From Malacoraja senta (taxonomy: Eukaryota): a stretch of DNA of 64,000 nucleotides. The notes beneath the pieces are model-generated. The model saw nothing but the letters and a program-made list of their open reading frames with translations. It made no database searches and was not told the origin of the DNA. Position numbers and translations under genes: made by a program. Where the stretch lies: the NCBI GenBank assembly GCA_038087875.1, contig CM075977.1:122822001-122886000 (forward strand), in the 5' to 3' direction. Positions 24,237-36,960 of the stretch are shown here, piece after piece; position 1 is the stretch's first letter; each line of letters opens with the position of its first letter.

Positions 24237-25800
24237 TTACAGATGACTTTGCCGTGTTAGTGGATGCTCCAGTAAATTCCTATGCTTGGGAACCACCAAA
24301 GGAGGCTGGATCGCTAACTGTAACATCAAAGGGAACCATGCTTGAGTCGGGCAATTAGGTATTACAAGCACCCCCGAAGTGGCATCCTGCTTGATTTTTT
24401 GCAGACTCCGACCTGAGGCAGAATGGTGGGAAAATATATAAAAACATACCACCCCAATGTAGCGAGAAAGCATCAATTGCAACTGCCCCCTGGTCTGGTT
24501 CCCATGAAACATATTTAGGCAGCTGGTGGTTAAACCTCGCTGCAAAACAAATCAATATCTGGCATTCATATATATGTACTATATTATTGAACACCTCCTG
24601 GTTCAACATCCAATCTGTGTTGTCATGGAACTTTCGTGACCTGGCGTCTGCTACTATGTTGAATCTACCTGGTAGATAAATAGCTGAAAACCAAATATCT
24701 TTTTCAATGCACCAGGCCCAAATTTGATTAGCCAATCTGTCACAAGATACCGACTTGATTCCACCGATGTGATTAATATATATGCCACTTGCGTAGTATT
24801 GTCAATCTGAAACTGAACATGCAGATTACATTTGTTAGAGCAATAAGCCTTATCCATAAAAAAGCTCTTAATAGTTAATTCCCTATGTCTGCAGAAGCGA
24901 TGCCTCTTGCTCAGTCCATCTGCCTCCACAGCTGAAACTCGTATCCGTGACACCCCACCCGAGTGCACTGACATTCATCTGCAAAATCATGGAAGGCTGG
25001 TCAAGCACTACCTTGCTAGAACTCCTGGACACATGGTGAATCCACCATTGCAATTCAGAAAACAGCCTCTGCTGATAACTGCATGGGTCTATTATAATGA
25101 CCCGAATGTATCCTTAGTGCCTCCATTAGCTTGATACAGCTGTCAATTAGCTCTACCCTTTTTCCCTGGGCAGAGTCAGTTAATTGAATCAATTGTGACT
25201 CAAATAGTCAGGTGTTAATTTGGATTTCTCTGGATGAATAATGCCAATCACCGGTTACTTCAGCTGTTCTCTTGGATACCCCTGTAATCAAGATATCATC
25301 GAGATAAGCCATGAGCACCTGACCCTGGCCTCTCAGCATGCCTATTATAGGTTTAACAATTTTGTGCCATAGTTGATCCATCCAGGTGAATTTCAAATAT
25401 CCTCTATCCTGCAAATGAACAGACATTGAGTAATCTGCATCTTTAAGCTCTATAGTCACCATATAGCATCCTCTTGACCCAGTTGCTTGGCAGTGACAAT
25501 TCCATCTTACAATGTCTATACTACATACCCTATCCTTTTTTGTCCTGGGAAAATATTAGACACAAATTGATGGGGTTGGTGAACCGACTTTCCAATTACA
25601 CCTTTATCACATAAGCTTCCAAGCGCAGTCTGAACATCCATCTGTTCTGTTAATGAAAACTGAAACAGTTCTCCCAGGAACATGCTGAATGTGCAAATCA
25701 CAATTTGGATTGAACTCCATTCGAAACCCTTGAATAACACTCAGTATAAACAGAGCTGAGGTCATTTTGCTTCCATTCATCCCAGAACAGATGTAATGTA
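24237..25800 (-). pseudogene. DIRS-B RT / RNase H / DNA adenine methyltransferase-like ORF (frameshifted)
   Basis: IELKDADYS, AYLDDIL, QIDNTTQVAY, YLPGRFNIVADARSR, DAFSLHW..YIFPPF. Confidence 0.85.
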
Positions 25801-27226
25801 CCCCCAGATTTAAGTTGTGTCACATTTGATATGTGCACCTGAGAACCAGGCCCACCTACCTCCTTGGTGCCTGGTGGATCACGTTGTCCCTGGCTTCTGG
25901 CAGGAAAGCCGACGTTTGACCGTGTTCCCGCTGCAGAATGCCACCTGCGCATCTGCATTGCCGGCCGACTTGTTCCAGGTCCAGCCTCGTTTGTAGGGGT
26001 ACTTTCTTTTTTGGAAACCTTTCCGACCGCCGGTGGCTTGATCAATCCCACCGTCTTTGCCTCGTCATCCATGTCCTTGACACTCTTGGCGAGGTCCTCT
26101 CCGAAGAGTAGGTTGGCCGGCTGTATGTTGCTAGGCTGGCAGACTACTGCAAACTTGGAATTAATGGTGGCCGAATGGCTCTTTCCCTGAGACAATTTAT
26201 CTCAAAATGGGCGCTACAAAGCAACCCTAGTACCTCTTGCTGCGTCTCCAACAGATGCCCTCCATCCACCGTTCTAGCAAACGCCGTGATTCCTGAGCCA
26301 AGTAATTTCAGGATTCTCTGCAGCTTCATCTCCTGGGCACTGCACGCCCACGCCCATCTGGCTCCATATCACCCGGTTCACTGCTGGCACCTTCAGCAAC
26401 TTGCAGTTACCCCGGTCTCCTGTTTCTTGGCGGTTCCAGACTCTGACTGGACAGCGAATCATGCTGCCATAGATGGGAACACTGACAACGGCCGTCTTCG
26501 CTTTCCCAGCGGCACTCCATACTCTGACGGGACAGCGAATCGTGCTGCCAGAGATGGACCTCTGACAACGGCTGTCTTCGCTAGTCAACGAAGTCACCGT
26601 CAGAGTTGGGTGAGAACTGAGCTGACCCTCTGCAGGTGCCTTTTCAATGAGAGTGCTATCCAGCAGCCTCTATATCGTGGAGGCCAGCTCTTCTCCCAGT
26701 GGCACTCCATACTCTGACGGGACAGCGAATCGTGCTGCCAGAGATGGACCTCTGACAACGGCCGTCTTCGCTAAGTTCCAAGTCTCCGTCAGAGTCGGGG
26801 TCAGAACTTAGCTGACCCTCTGCACTCACCTCATCCATGAGGGTGCTTCAAGCAGCCCTCTACCAGGTGCTGCCGGCGCGGCCTCTTCTGCAGCCTGCCG
26901 CCCACACAACTCCTCCCCCCGGAGTGTGCGTTGCTGGAGCAACCTCTGTATGAGGTGCTCCATTTAGGAGAACCGTTTAAAAACGGTCTCCAGCCCCGTA
27001 CGGGACACGTCGCGGCCCGACTCAGTTGAGTCCGAGGGCCTCCCAGACTTCCCCGTGGCCTTACGCCCGACTGGCATTGGCTTTGGTGCTTTGTAGCACT
27101 AAGCCTGCAGTCGCCCCGCTCCCGGTCGGCGACTGTGCAGGGGTACGAGGCAGCCGCTCACAGACCGCATTCCCACAGCTCTCCTGCTTACCCGCGGCTC
27201 GCCTCCCCCTGGTCGTCTTCAACCAT
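25698..27226 (-). pseudogene. DIRS-B gag-like ORF with internal tandem repeats (about 26430-26830)
   Basis: KLQRILKLLGSGITAFA, LLFGEDLAKSVKDM; about 70-bp repeat ggcactccatactctgacgggacagcgaatcgtgctgcc. Confidence 0.7.
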
Positions 27227-27559
27227 GGTGCCCTGTAAAAAACAAAGCACGGCACCACAGCTAAACAACTTCTTATAGGCCTGTTACACTGTGCGAGTTG
27301 ACCCACGAGTGACCCCGAGTGAAAGACTCGTGGTTGCGTACGAGACTACAAGTTTATGATCCAGAGTTTAACCGAGTTCCCACGGGTATGTCTAAGTTTG
27401 CCGTCTCCCGAGTGTACCAAGTTCCTCTCCCGTTAATCTTGAGGCAACAATGTATATCGACGTGTTGAAAAATCATCACATGTTAAAAAAATAATGTCAT
27501 GCTTTTTTTTTACATACTATAAAAAGCCTGCCTTGTTTAAATTGGCTCATTTGGAGGAA

Positions 27560-27883
27560 ATGTCTGCAAGAAGGCTATTGGAGTCCAGGATGGTGATGTT
27601 TTTTGTTCAAGTGCTGTGTGCTGCAGCCCTTAATGTGATGCAAGGACACTTGTGTAATGAAGGCAGAAGAGAGAGAGTAAAGAGGAAAATTAAGAAGTCT
27701 CAGTGGGTGAAGCCCCTGTTTCAAAGGAGATCTCTCTTTGGACAGTATGAAAAGCTGCTTAATGTGCTGTGCGAAGAGGATAAATCTGCATTTAAAAATT
27801 TCATCAGAATTTCACCTGAGCTCTTTAATGAGCTGAAGAATAACTTGGGACCTCTGCTGATGAAACATGACAAAAGATTGTGA
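27560..27883 (+). pseudogene. Harbinger transposase N-terminal fragment
   Basis: WVKPLFQRRSLFGQYEKLL..EDKSAFKNFIRISPELFNEL..LGPLLMKHD, typical of the PIF/Harbinger transposase N-terminus. Confidence 0.8.
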
Positions 27884-28289
27884 TTATGGTCATGTTAAGA
27901 ATTAAAAGTCATAAAATCAATGTGTGAAATGTGATTCTTATTTTTCAAAGTCTCTCATAGGAAACAATGAGCGTATAGAGCCCAGGGAGAGGGGGAGAAA
28001 GGGACGTACACTCACAGAGGCAGAGTCTCTCAGCCTGTGTGAGAGGGAGGGAGGGAGAGAGAGACACACACACACAAGGTGGATGTGAAATCTCACCTAC
28101 CTGTTTCAGTGACCGGCACCCGCAGCCAGTGAATGAAGACACCCCCATCTGTCTCCCCCCTCTCCCTCCACTCTCCACCCTCTCTCCTCTACCCCACCCC
28201 CCTCACCCCCCCCTCCCCCAATTTGGAAATGTCATCCCATCACCCATTCCTTCTCTCCAGAGATGCTGCCTGCCCGCTGTTAAAGAGTT

Positions 28290-28625
28290 CCCACTTGCAG
28301 CAGCATAACAGGCCAGTAAACACAATACTCATAGATAATATACTAAACAAAGAAAATATATATTAAAAAATCCAGTATTATTGCAAAAATCCCAAAGTCC
28401 TTAGTGCAACCAAGACAGTTTGTAGTTCATAGTTTAGTTAGCATTTGTAGCGTTCAAGAGCCCGATGGTTGTTGGGAAAAAGCTGTTCTTGAACCTGGAG
28501 GTCATGGTTTTCAGATTCTTATACCTTCTGCTCAGCAGGAATGAAATGAGAGCATGGCCAGGGTAGTGTGGGTCCATGACAATGCTGGCTGCCTTTTTGA
28601 GGCAGCACCTCCTATAGAACCCTTT
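28290..28625 (-). mobile_element. Rex1/Babar-like LINE 3' fragment nested in the Harbinger element
   Basis: gttcaagagcccgatggttgttgggaaaaagctgttcttgaacctgg...gctggctgcctttttgaggcagc. Confidence 0.65.
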
Positions 28626-29892
28626 GATTCAGTAACGTTCAGTAAAGAGATCGGGAATCTGGCATCATGGCTTGAGAATAAAACCCAGCCTTTAACATCC
28701 GCATAATGAAAGAGTTGGTGTTGTCCTACGGAACAGGGGTGCAGGAGAGGTGAACACAACCCTGTCTTCTTCAACAGCACTGGTAGAGATGGCTTCTGGA
28801 CGTGACTGGCAAACCTCAGATTAGGCTGCCATGAAGTGTCATAAAATGTTCTCACGCTGTTCCTCAATACTGGTTTGTCTTAAGGTTGTGAGCTCAGTCC
28901 CAAATACACAAAATCTATATATAAACTTCAAGCAATTTTTTCTTTTCAACCCACTCTGTCACCTTATCAATAACTTTTACTTTGTTAAGCAGAATTTGTC
29001 TTTAAAAAGTCTAAGTAACTGATATTTCTGTCCCTGATTATTGTTTCTAAAAAGAGTTCCCACGGTAGAATCACGAGTCACAAAGGTAAACGCACGGGCC
29101 ACTGCGTTCTTACAACGAGTTGAAATGTTTCAAATTTTAACCTCAAGAGTACATTTTACTCGTGGAAAAGTTCAAGCATGTTTGAACTTTTTCAAGAGTT
29201 AACAAGTTTCACGGGTACCTGCCGTTAGCGCCACGAGTCGCTAAGTTGCGTCCACGAGTTCCGACGTTCCCGCTACGTTAATTGTACGTGATTACCATGA
29301 GTTAAATTTGTTTTAAACTCGGGGCACCTCGTGGGTCAGCTCGCACAGTGTAACGGGGGTTTAACTCCAGCTAAGTTTTCCCACTTAGCTGGAGTTTAAA
29401 ATTACTTTAAAAGTACTTACCACAGGAGGAGCTCTGTCCTCCCGCTGGTCCGTGCGCCAATGTGTCAGACGTAATGTTGCGCATGCGCCCTGACGGGTCT
29501 TCTTCACGTAGTCACTCACATGACTCCGAAGTAAAATCAAGAATTAGAGGGTGTAGGTTTAAGGTGAGAGCATTTTCAATTTTGTTGGGTACATCAAACG
29601 GGCTGCCAGAAGAAGTAGTTGAGACTGATACAATAACAACATTTAAAAGATGTTTGTACAGGTACATTGATGGGAAAGGTTTAGCGGAAGATGGGTCAAA
29701 CAGCAGCAAATGTGATTAGCTTAAATGGGGCATCTTGGTCAGCAAGGACGAATTTGTCCAAAGGGCCTGCTTCCGTGCTGTATGACTATGATTATGACTT
29801 CTTGCTTTTGCTGTGGTCGGGTAATCAGGTACACCTCACTGATCTTAGGGTGACATATCCCAAGAAGGCCTGTGGAGATTTGACAACTACTA

Positions 29893-30100
29893 GACAGAAT
29901 TCATTGCCACAGAAGGCTGTGGAGGCCAAGTCAATGGATATTTATAAGGTGGACATCGATAGATTCTTCATTAGTTTGGGTGTCAGGAATTATGGGGAGA
30001 AGGCAGGAGAATGGGATTGAGAGGAAAAGATAGATCACCCATGATTGAATGGCGGAGTAAACTTGATGGGCTGAATGGCCTAATTCTGCTTTGATAACAT
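29893..30100 (+). mobile_element. CR1 3' fragment (second tail type)
   Basis: NSLPQKAVEAKSMDIYKVDIDRF, followed by gattgaatggcggagtaaacttgatgggctgaatggcct. Confidence 0.75.
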
Positions 30101-30146
30101 GAAAAGCTCAAAAAGCAGTGTGAGCTGGGGCAGGATAACACACTAA

Positions 30147-30931
30147 AGGGTTGTCCCACTGCGTCGACCTAATCTGCGAGTTTAGAAGAGTTTGCCCTTG
30201 ATTCAAACTCTCAGCATGGTCGACACGCGGTCCTAGGGGGTCCTTTGAGATCACTGGAACTCTCCTTCATGCTCGAGGGAAGTTCCCGAATACTCGCGGC
30301 CTCAGCTTGGTTGCGGAATATTTTTCAGCATGTTGAAAAATTTTCCGCGAGTAAAAATTGGTCGGCATGGTTCTTTTTCACTCATAGTACTGTGGAATGG
30401 GGTCGCTATTTAGTTACAGGCAGTCAAGGGCAGCCGTAGGCAATCTCCTTCGCTGACCGGGCATTTTAATTGGCTCATTGGAGTTTTCAGGACCAAGGAA
30501 AACTGACACGCTAAATGCCCGCTAAAGTTTATTAAACGTTGTCTGACTTCTTAAAAGTGTTTCCACTCCTTCTCCCCCCCCTTCCCTCCCCTTCTCTCCC
30601 CTTCTTTCCCCTTCTCTCTCCTTCTCTTCCCTTCTCTCCCCCCCCCCCATCCGCGCTCTCCAAAGGACTTACCATACACTGTGCAGCCGTCTTTTACCTT
30701 CCTCTTCATCGTGAGTGTGAATTTCTGGCAGCGCTCCCCCGCTTTCCCTGGCCCCCGCCTTTGCGTTTTGTTTGTGTGTGTGTGTGTGTGTACAGTCGGT
30801 CGATCCAGCTCGCGGTTTCATCGCTGACGGTCGATCCAGCTCGAGGTTTTTCAGGTGAGTGCCCTCAAGCTTGAAGGTCGATGACACTCTTCTGAATTCG
30901 CGGATTAGGTCGCGGTAGTGGGACAGCCCCT
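30147..30931. mobile_element. Harbinger-type MITE related to 4087-5990 (opposite orientation)
   Basis: TIRs agggttgtcccactgcgtcgacctaatc / gattaggtcgcggtagtgggacagcccct; TAA on both flanks; shared internal blocks. Confidence 0.82.
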
Positions 30932-30959
30932 TAATACAGCTAATGGTGCAGTAGGATGG

Positions 30960-31230
30960 TCCAATGGTGCATAAGTGGTGCTGCTATCCTGCAGTGGTGC
31001 TTGGTTCCTTCCGAATGTTCTGGTTTCCTCCCACATCCCAATGTGTGTCTGCTTGCTAGTTTAATTGGCCACTGTAAATTGTCCCTAATGTGCAGCTAAG
31101 TGGTACAATTGGGCGGTTGGGGTGGGAAGAGTTGATGAGTAAGTGAAGGAAATAACAGGGGATTAGTGTAAATGGCTGCTTGATTGTCACCCTGGAGTTT
31201 GTGAGCTGAAGGGCCTGTTTCCGTGCTAAG
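30960..31230 (+). mobile_element. Old degenerate V-SINE
   Basis: tggtttcctcccacatcc, gtaaattgtccctaatgtg, gaagggcctgtttccgtgct. Confidence 0.6.
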
Positions 31231-32109
31231 ATTGTAGTAGTTTTAAAGAAAAGGCTGAAATGGTGAATCCGAAATGTCTCACTAAAAAGCTTTTCCCCAT
31301 CACATTCCTGAGAGAAGATGGCTCTGCGCTGTTCCCTTTCAATGAAAGACAAAGCTAGTATGTTCCTTTATCTCTCATTACCTCCTGATTACAGGGTAGG
31401 CGTTTGGAGTCACGGGAATCGTCAGAGGAATCTTTATCTGCTGAAGAGCTGGCTAATTTAAGTACTGACTGAACATTTTGCTCTGTGATTTGTAACAACG
31501 GCTAACCATTCAAACGGCACTCCAGCTGGTCTTGCCTGCACCAGTACACAACTGATACATCAGCGTATTATTCGACTCCCACTGTACCAACCTAACAATG
31601 CAATTTTGCAATTGTTCATTCTGCTCTCTTCTCCTTTGAACACATCACTGATCTCCCGACTCCGAAATGCCAAACAATACCTGACTGACAAGATAACTAT
31701 CAGTCTTTAATGCTGAAGTTAGTTCAATGCACTAATAATACAACCATCACGTGTAAATCACTAAAGCAGATACTCTGAGTAGTACACATTCAGAAATATG
31801 ACAGTTCTGTGCCTTTTAATCAATTTTTACTAAAAATAATCTTTTTAGTAAAGATGAATCTGGTTTATATTTTAAAGTTTTTAAAAGTCTTCGATTCAGG
31901 GATTGCTTCTACGTTGTTTTTTACTATTATTTTGGGTCAAAATCAATATATCATATTTTGATGTCAATCGAGCTGATACTTGTCTTCTTTGCAACTTATG
32001 CCAATCAAGGGATATTGGAACTATTCTATGCAAGTCAAATGAATTTATTGCAAGCGTTTATAATACGGGTTGCGATGAACACAAGTCTGTTTTCAACATT
32101 TACAGCAAC

Positions 32110-32950
32110 CTCTTACGCGTTTCCTGCTAATCTACATCCTTTGGAGAGTCCATTTCATTCTCCAACTTTCTCTGTCTCTGTTTTATCTATTCTGATGAAA
32201 GCGCTCTGACAATATTTTCCAAATATTTTCCTTATCCCTTTATGGAGGATTCCCCCAGCTTAATTGACAGGAGGATCAAATGTATTTCTGTCATTGCCAA
32301 CACTTCTGCCTTCATTTCATCCTCCCCATCATATTCTGAAGGAACCCTTTCCTCTGTGGTGACATGGTGTACAGCACAACGGCCACCACCTTCACTGTGA
32401 CATCTTTCCTTGCAAGATCAGCAGATGCCTTTCTCCTTTTCTGCTTTTTTTCGGGGGGTGGGGGGGGTTGCAAAATCTTTTTCAAGTAAAACAGATATCT
32501 AATGCTTCTTCTTTCAATTTTGCTCTCTTCTTTCATTGCTTACAATGCCATGATTTAAAGCCTCCAGTGCCACTATGCATGCAGATACCCAATCTGCACA
32601 CTAGACGGCTACATGGCGCAGCTACAAGTTCAAATCTTTGTCACCTGTCACTTTAATTCTCCAACACACTCCCAGTCTGACTTCTCAGAACACGCCTTCT
32701 TTCTTTGTTCAGTAAAGCTCAACATAATCTTGTGGAACAGCATCTCATCAAACACACTACAGTCTTCTGGACTCAGCAATAATTTCAGGTAACGATTCTG
32801 CTCTTCCTATTACACATCCGCTGGACTCCTCTTTTGATTCATTATGTGTCCCATTATCACATCCATTAACTCTGTATCTCAGATACTGTGTATTCCCAAC
32901 TCTGTGTTGTTGTTTCAAATTTCTAGCATCCACAGTATTTTGCTTTTAGA
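32110..32950 (+). mobile_element. Old Penelope-like element remnant (RT end plus GIY-YIG region)
   Basis: decayed HFNSPTHSQSD..EQHLI..NFR-like segment. Confidence 0.55.
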
Positions 32951-33497
32951 GAATTATTCTCAGTTCAATGTCTTACGTCATTAATGTCACTGTTTCGTGC
33001 TGCAATTTCTATTGCCTTGTCTCCTATTATGTCCTATTCATTAATCACTGTCTTGGACTGAACCAGACCATTGGTAAATTTTGCTGTCCTTTCTGATCCT
33101 GAGTTATTTTCTGCCCCAAAATGAGGAACATTGGCCACATTATCTATGGATTATCTATCTGCATTCCCGCCTTGGTTCATCTGGTGCTTAAACCTTCATC
33201 TAAATGTTATGCCTATATTATTTCATTGCTTTCCAGGTCATCCTCCAATCTTCCACTTGCTGTAACTTTGGTGTATCTGAAAAAGTTCTGCCTGTATTCA
33301 AGCTGGTACGTACTCCTGATAACGTATCACTTCTGTCTGATCTGATCTGAACTGGCTCTAGAATGGATAGCAGCAAATTACAAATTATTTCTCACGTAAA
33401 TCCATTTTTAGGAGAAGCTAGCCCCTCCCTCGTTTCGTAACCTGATGTAGCTTGATTAAAAACTGTGCTTCTTCATTTCTGGTTTCTATGCCGGTGC

Positions 33498-33592
33498 CGT
33501 CTAAAGAAGGGTCTTGACCCAAAACGTCACCCATTCCTTCTCTCCAGAGATGCTGCCTGTCCTGCTGAGTTACTCCAGCATTTTGTGTCTAT
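33498..33592 (+). mobile_element. Penelope-derived short element
   Basis: gtctaaagaagggtcttgacccaaaacgtcacccattcc. Confidence 0.75.
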
Positions 33593-35229
33593 TCCCAGTA
33601 CCTTCAGCTGTCCAGGTCAACAGGTTTGGAATTCCAATACATAAATATCCTCTGCCGTTCTAACTTCTCTAAGATAGCTACTCCATATAAAACAATTTCG
33701 TTGGCTTGGAGTCAACATCTGTCCCATTACAGCCCTGTGAAACACTTGGGACATCTTATTTCAAACACAAGCTATTGTTCAGAGTAATGTTTTTATCACG
33801 AGGAAACAAAGATTGAAGGCTGATGTCCTTGAAGCAAAAGCATCATTGTTTCCAACAAAGGAACGAAAGGAGATCAGATAAATTAGGAAATAATACTTCG
33901 GTGCAGAAGAGTTTGGAAATAATTAATTGTATTGAAGTGAGTAAACCAAAAAGATAAGGAAAGGAAAGAGAACCATGATGAGGGGAACAAATATGTTACA
34001 TCTTTGGACCAGATTTCCCTATTGGTATTTTAATTTATTTTGTTTAGAATACTTTCTTAAATGAGTCCGGTCTGACTAAAGCCTCAAGTATATCTATGTT
34101 GGTTCAAATATCACATTCTGTTTTGATAACTTAATGAAACTATGAACAGTAAACATAGCTCCGATTTCTTTATCAGCAGGATCTATCCCACGGTTTCGTC
34201 TCCCAAGCAACAATTTAAGATGAACAATACAACTCGTGTCTTGGCTTAGCTTTCAAATCAATGTACTGAATATTAGTTCAGAAAGCAAATAAATAGCAGT
34301 AACATAATATGATCAAACATGGATGCTAGACTATTCAAAGTTGACATGGGTATGATGGGCTACTGGATTGTGTTGCCTTAAGTTGGTAAAAATAATAAAT
34401 GGCTTTCTGTCATTTCTGCAACGCTAACATTATATACTCAAGTTTTAAACCTTAGCAGTTATTCTTTCCCTGTTATCATCTTACACACTGCAAAGCCTTA
34501 CTGGTTTGACAGTGGGAACTGAGTAAAAGCATAGAAGTTCTCTTCTGGCACATCAAAGGGTAGTTATTCCCCTTAAGAGTGTAACCTTCATTTACAGTTC
34601 AGTGAACTGAGCCCCTATTTTCTCTAACTTCAAGGAGTTTCTCTCTTCCATGTCATTCTTTCTCTCCCTCAAGCTGATCAATGTTCCCTATCCCTGGTGT
34701 CGATAGTCTAAACTGGTTTAGGTTTGAAGGTTTCACTGGGGAAGTAAGCCCACGTTTAACACCACATGGGCTTTATGCTGCTCTTGTACATAATATAGAA
34801 ACAACAGATCGTTGCCTCTACAAAATCTGTGACCATTCCTGTATTTTATATGAAATAAGCCAGAGGATGATATGAAGCTGAGGTTTCTCTTGAGAAAATG
34901 CTTTTTCCGTTCACCTTCTGTAAAGAAAGAAGACTTTATGAGGCAGTTTGTGCAAATGTTTCAGTCAGTATTAGTATGCAATAAACATAATTATTTCACT
35001 AGCAGTTTGATATTAAACGGCACACTTGACCAATACTAATGCATGAATCCCCATGTTTCCCCTGGGATACCAGGTAAGTCCAGCATTAGTGCCACCAAGA
35101 TCAGTCCAGTACATATTCTAGGTTACTATGTAATTATTTCAATTAGATAAATCTCTTCCATAATCTTAAAAACCCTTTAAACAGAAAAAGTACAGCAATA
35201 TTTTTGCCAAAAAAAATTGTTTATTCAAG

Positions 35230-35434
35230 GCCCTGACCACGTTGTCAACAAAAGGAGGAAGATTGACTGAACTTTATTGCCTTCCATCACAGTGAGAAAT
35301 GTTGATTCCACTGTGGTGGAAGTTGATGTTAAATTCTATTGTGTATTGTATTCTTTTTATTCGTATGGCTGTATGGTAACTCAAATATCATTGTACCAAT
35401 TGGTGCTTGTGACAATAAATGTGAACTTGAACTT
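35230..35434 (+). mobile_element. 5'-truncated copy B of the hairpin-bearing SINE-like family
   Basis: ggaggaagattgactgaactttattgccttccatcacagtg...gacaataaatg(tgaact)n. Confidence 0.7.
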
Positions 35435-35489
35435 CAACCTATTGTAGAAAAAATGTCAGCTTCTAAACTACCTAATATTGTTGAAACAA

Positions 35490-35640
35490 AATAATACAGA
35501 TGCTGCTTTATACCAAAGTGCTGGAGTAATTCAACGGGTCAGGCAGCATCTCCAGAGAAAAAGGTTAGGGTGACGTTTCTGGTCATGTCCCAAAACGTCT
35601 GAAGAATGGTCCCAACCCAAAGAGTCACCCATCCTTTTGT
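35490..35640. mobile_element. Partly palindromic Penelope-derived element
   Basis: inverted arm followed by gtctgaagaatggtcccaacccaaagagtcaccc. Confidence 0.65.
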
Positions 35641-36754
35641 CGGCCTTGGTGCTCGGTCCTGGAAGTACCCAGCTCCGCCCAATCTCACCAACGTCGTTCA
35701 TAGGAGCAATAAAACTACAAACCATGCAATAATATACAACAACAAAAATCCATTGGCCCGTCACCAATGTTCGAACAAAACTTGCACAACTTTTACGCCA
35801 ATTTAGGGAAAAATATCTGGGATATTTTTCATTTATATCACGTTCTATTTCTACCACTCACTTTTCTAAATTGGGATGCATGACACTCACAGGAAGTCAT
35901 TCAGCAGCCTCTAGACTCAGAATTCCACAAGTACTTTTCTTTATTTACAACCAAAATTATTTTCAACACCTTGCTACAATGGGTTTTTATGTTGTCTGTA
36001 GAAAATTACACCTAGGCATTCTAATTACAAACCAATTTCTTCAGCACAAGGGAATTGTTTTTTTTTTAAGAGAACTACCTTCAAATTTAACATGGTTCAT
36101 TTTAACATCTCATTTCACTTGGCTCCCATGGGCTCTTTCTTAATCTAAATTTAACTATCTTTCTCTTCCAATGACATTATTTTCAACTAGGAAGGTGATC
36201 ATACCACGGTGATAAACAAGCTAATCAACACAGCTCTGTTACAGAGGTGCAGCTTAAGTGGAAGCAAATTAATTTTTGGTTTTGAATAATATGAAATAAA
36301 ATTGTCACAATTTGTTTTTGCAACACCATATATTAATTAATATTTTGTCAGATCATCCATCTTTTGTGTTCTCTATATTTATTCCGCCTAGCATTCTACA
36401 GTGAATCTCTTCTTTCCTATATTTACCATTGTCTTAATTCAATACATTGGTGATTAAAACCACTGTCACTATTATTCGGTCTTCGTCCTCATTTTAATAC
36501 AAATGTTTCTTTTAAAAATTATTTTATTTCATTATGAAAGCAAATGAGTGTAAAGATTTTATTGCTGTATAACTGACCAAATAGTAGGCATTAAGTTCTG
36601 ACACGTTGCAATTCATTTCAATGCAGTTCAATCCCATACAACCAGTATTCATCCAACAGGGTACTTAATCACTTCTGCTGTCTTCATTAATGTGCAAACC
36701 TCGGCATCCAGGTACCTAGCTAACTTATAGCAGGTATGGGTCTCCTAAGGGTGG

Positions 36755-36960
36755 GGAATATGTGGAAATCAGTGCCACAGACGACTGTGGAGGCCAAGTT
36801 AATGGATATTTTTAAGACGGAGATTGACAGATTCTTGATTAGTAACGGTGTCTGGGGTTATGGAGTGAAGGCAAGAGAATGGGGTTGAGGAGGAAAGATA
36901 GATCAGCCATGATTGAATGGCAGAGTAGACAATGGGCTGAATGGCCTAAAACTTATGAAG
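36755..36960 (+). mobile_element. CR1 3' fragment
   Basis: same tail as 29893-30100. Confidence 0.7.

Larger units (their letters stand above)
27277..29360 (+). mobile_element. Internally deleted PIF/Harbinger transposon nested in DIRS-B
   Basis: TIRs gttacactgtgcgagttgacccacgag / ctcgtgggtcagctcgcacagtgtaac; transposase fragment; TA-rich flanks. Confidence 0.85.
22751..29537 (-). mobile_element. DIRS-type retrotransposon B (gag, RT/RH/MT, YR; degenerate)
   Basis: ITRs at about 22824-22855 and 29478-29510; ICR at about 22978-23090; YLDD, AARFNHQLPKYVSW..DAFSLHW and LFISYKKPHKSVSEQTISRWLKQV motifs. Confidence 0.92.
21470..29800 (+). mobile_element. Degenerate CR1 LINE split by DIRS-B (CR1 parts about 21470-22750 and 29538-29800)
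   Basis: RT motifs (DFSKTFDKV, GSVLGP); the sequence rejoins as gatgt-at-caagaattagagggtgtaggtttaaggtgagag. Confidence 0.85.

Noticed and set aside
31381-31502. Minus-strand open segment ending in GAG|GTAATG
   Set aside because: Weak acceptor, no recognisable product and no partner exons
34735-34918. Strong minus-strand acceptor followed by about 60 codons
   Set aside because: No recognisable homology; such sites occur by chance in 64 kb
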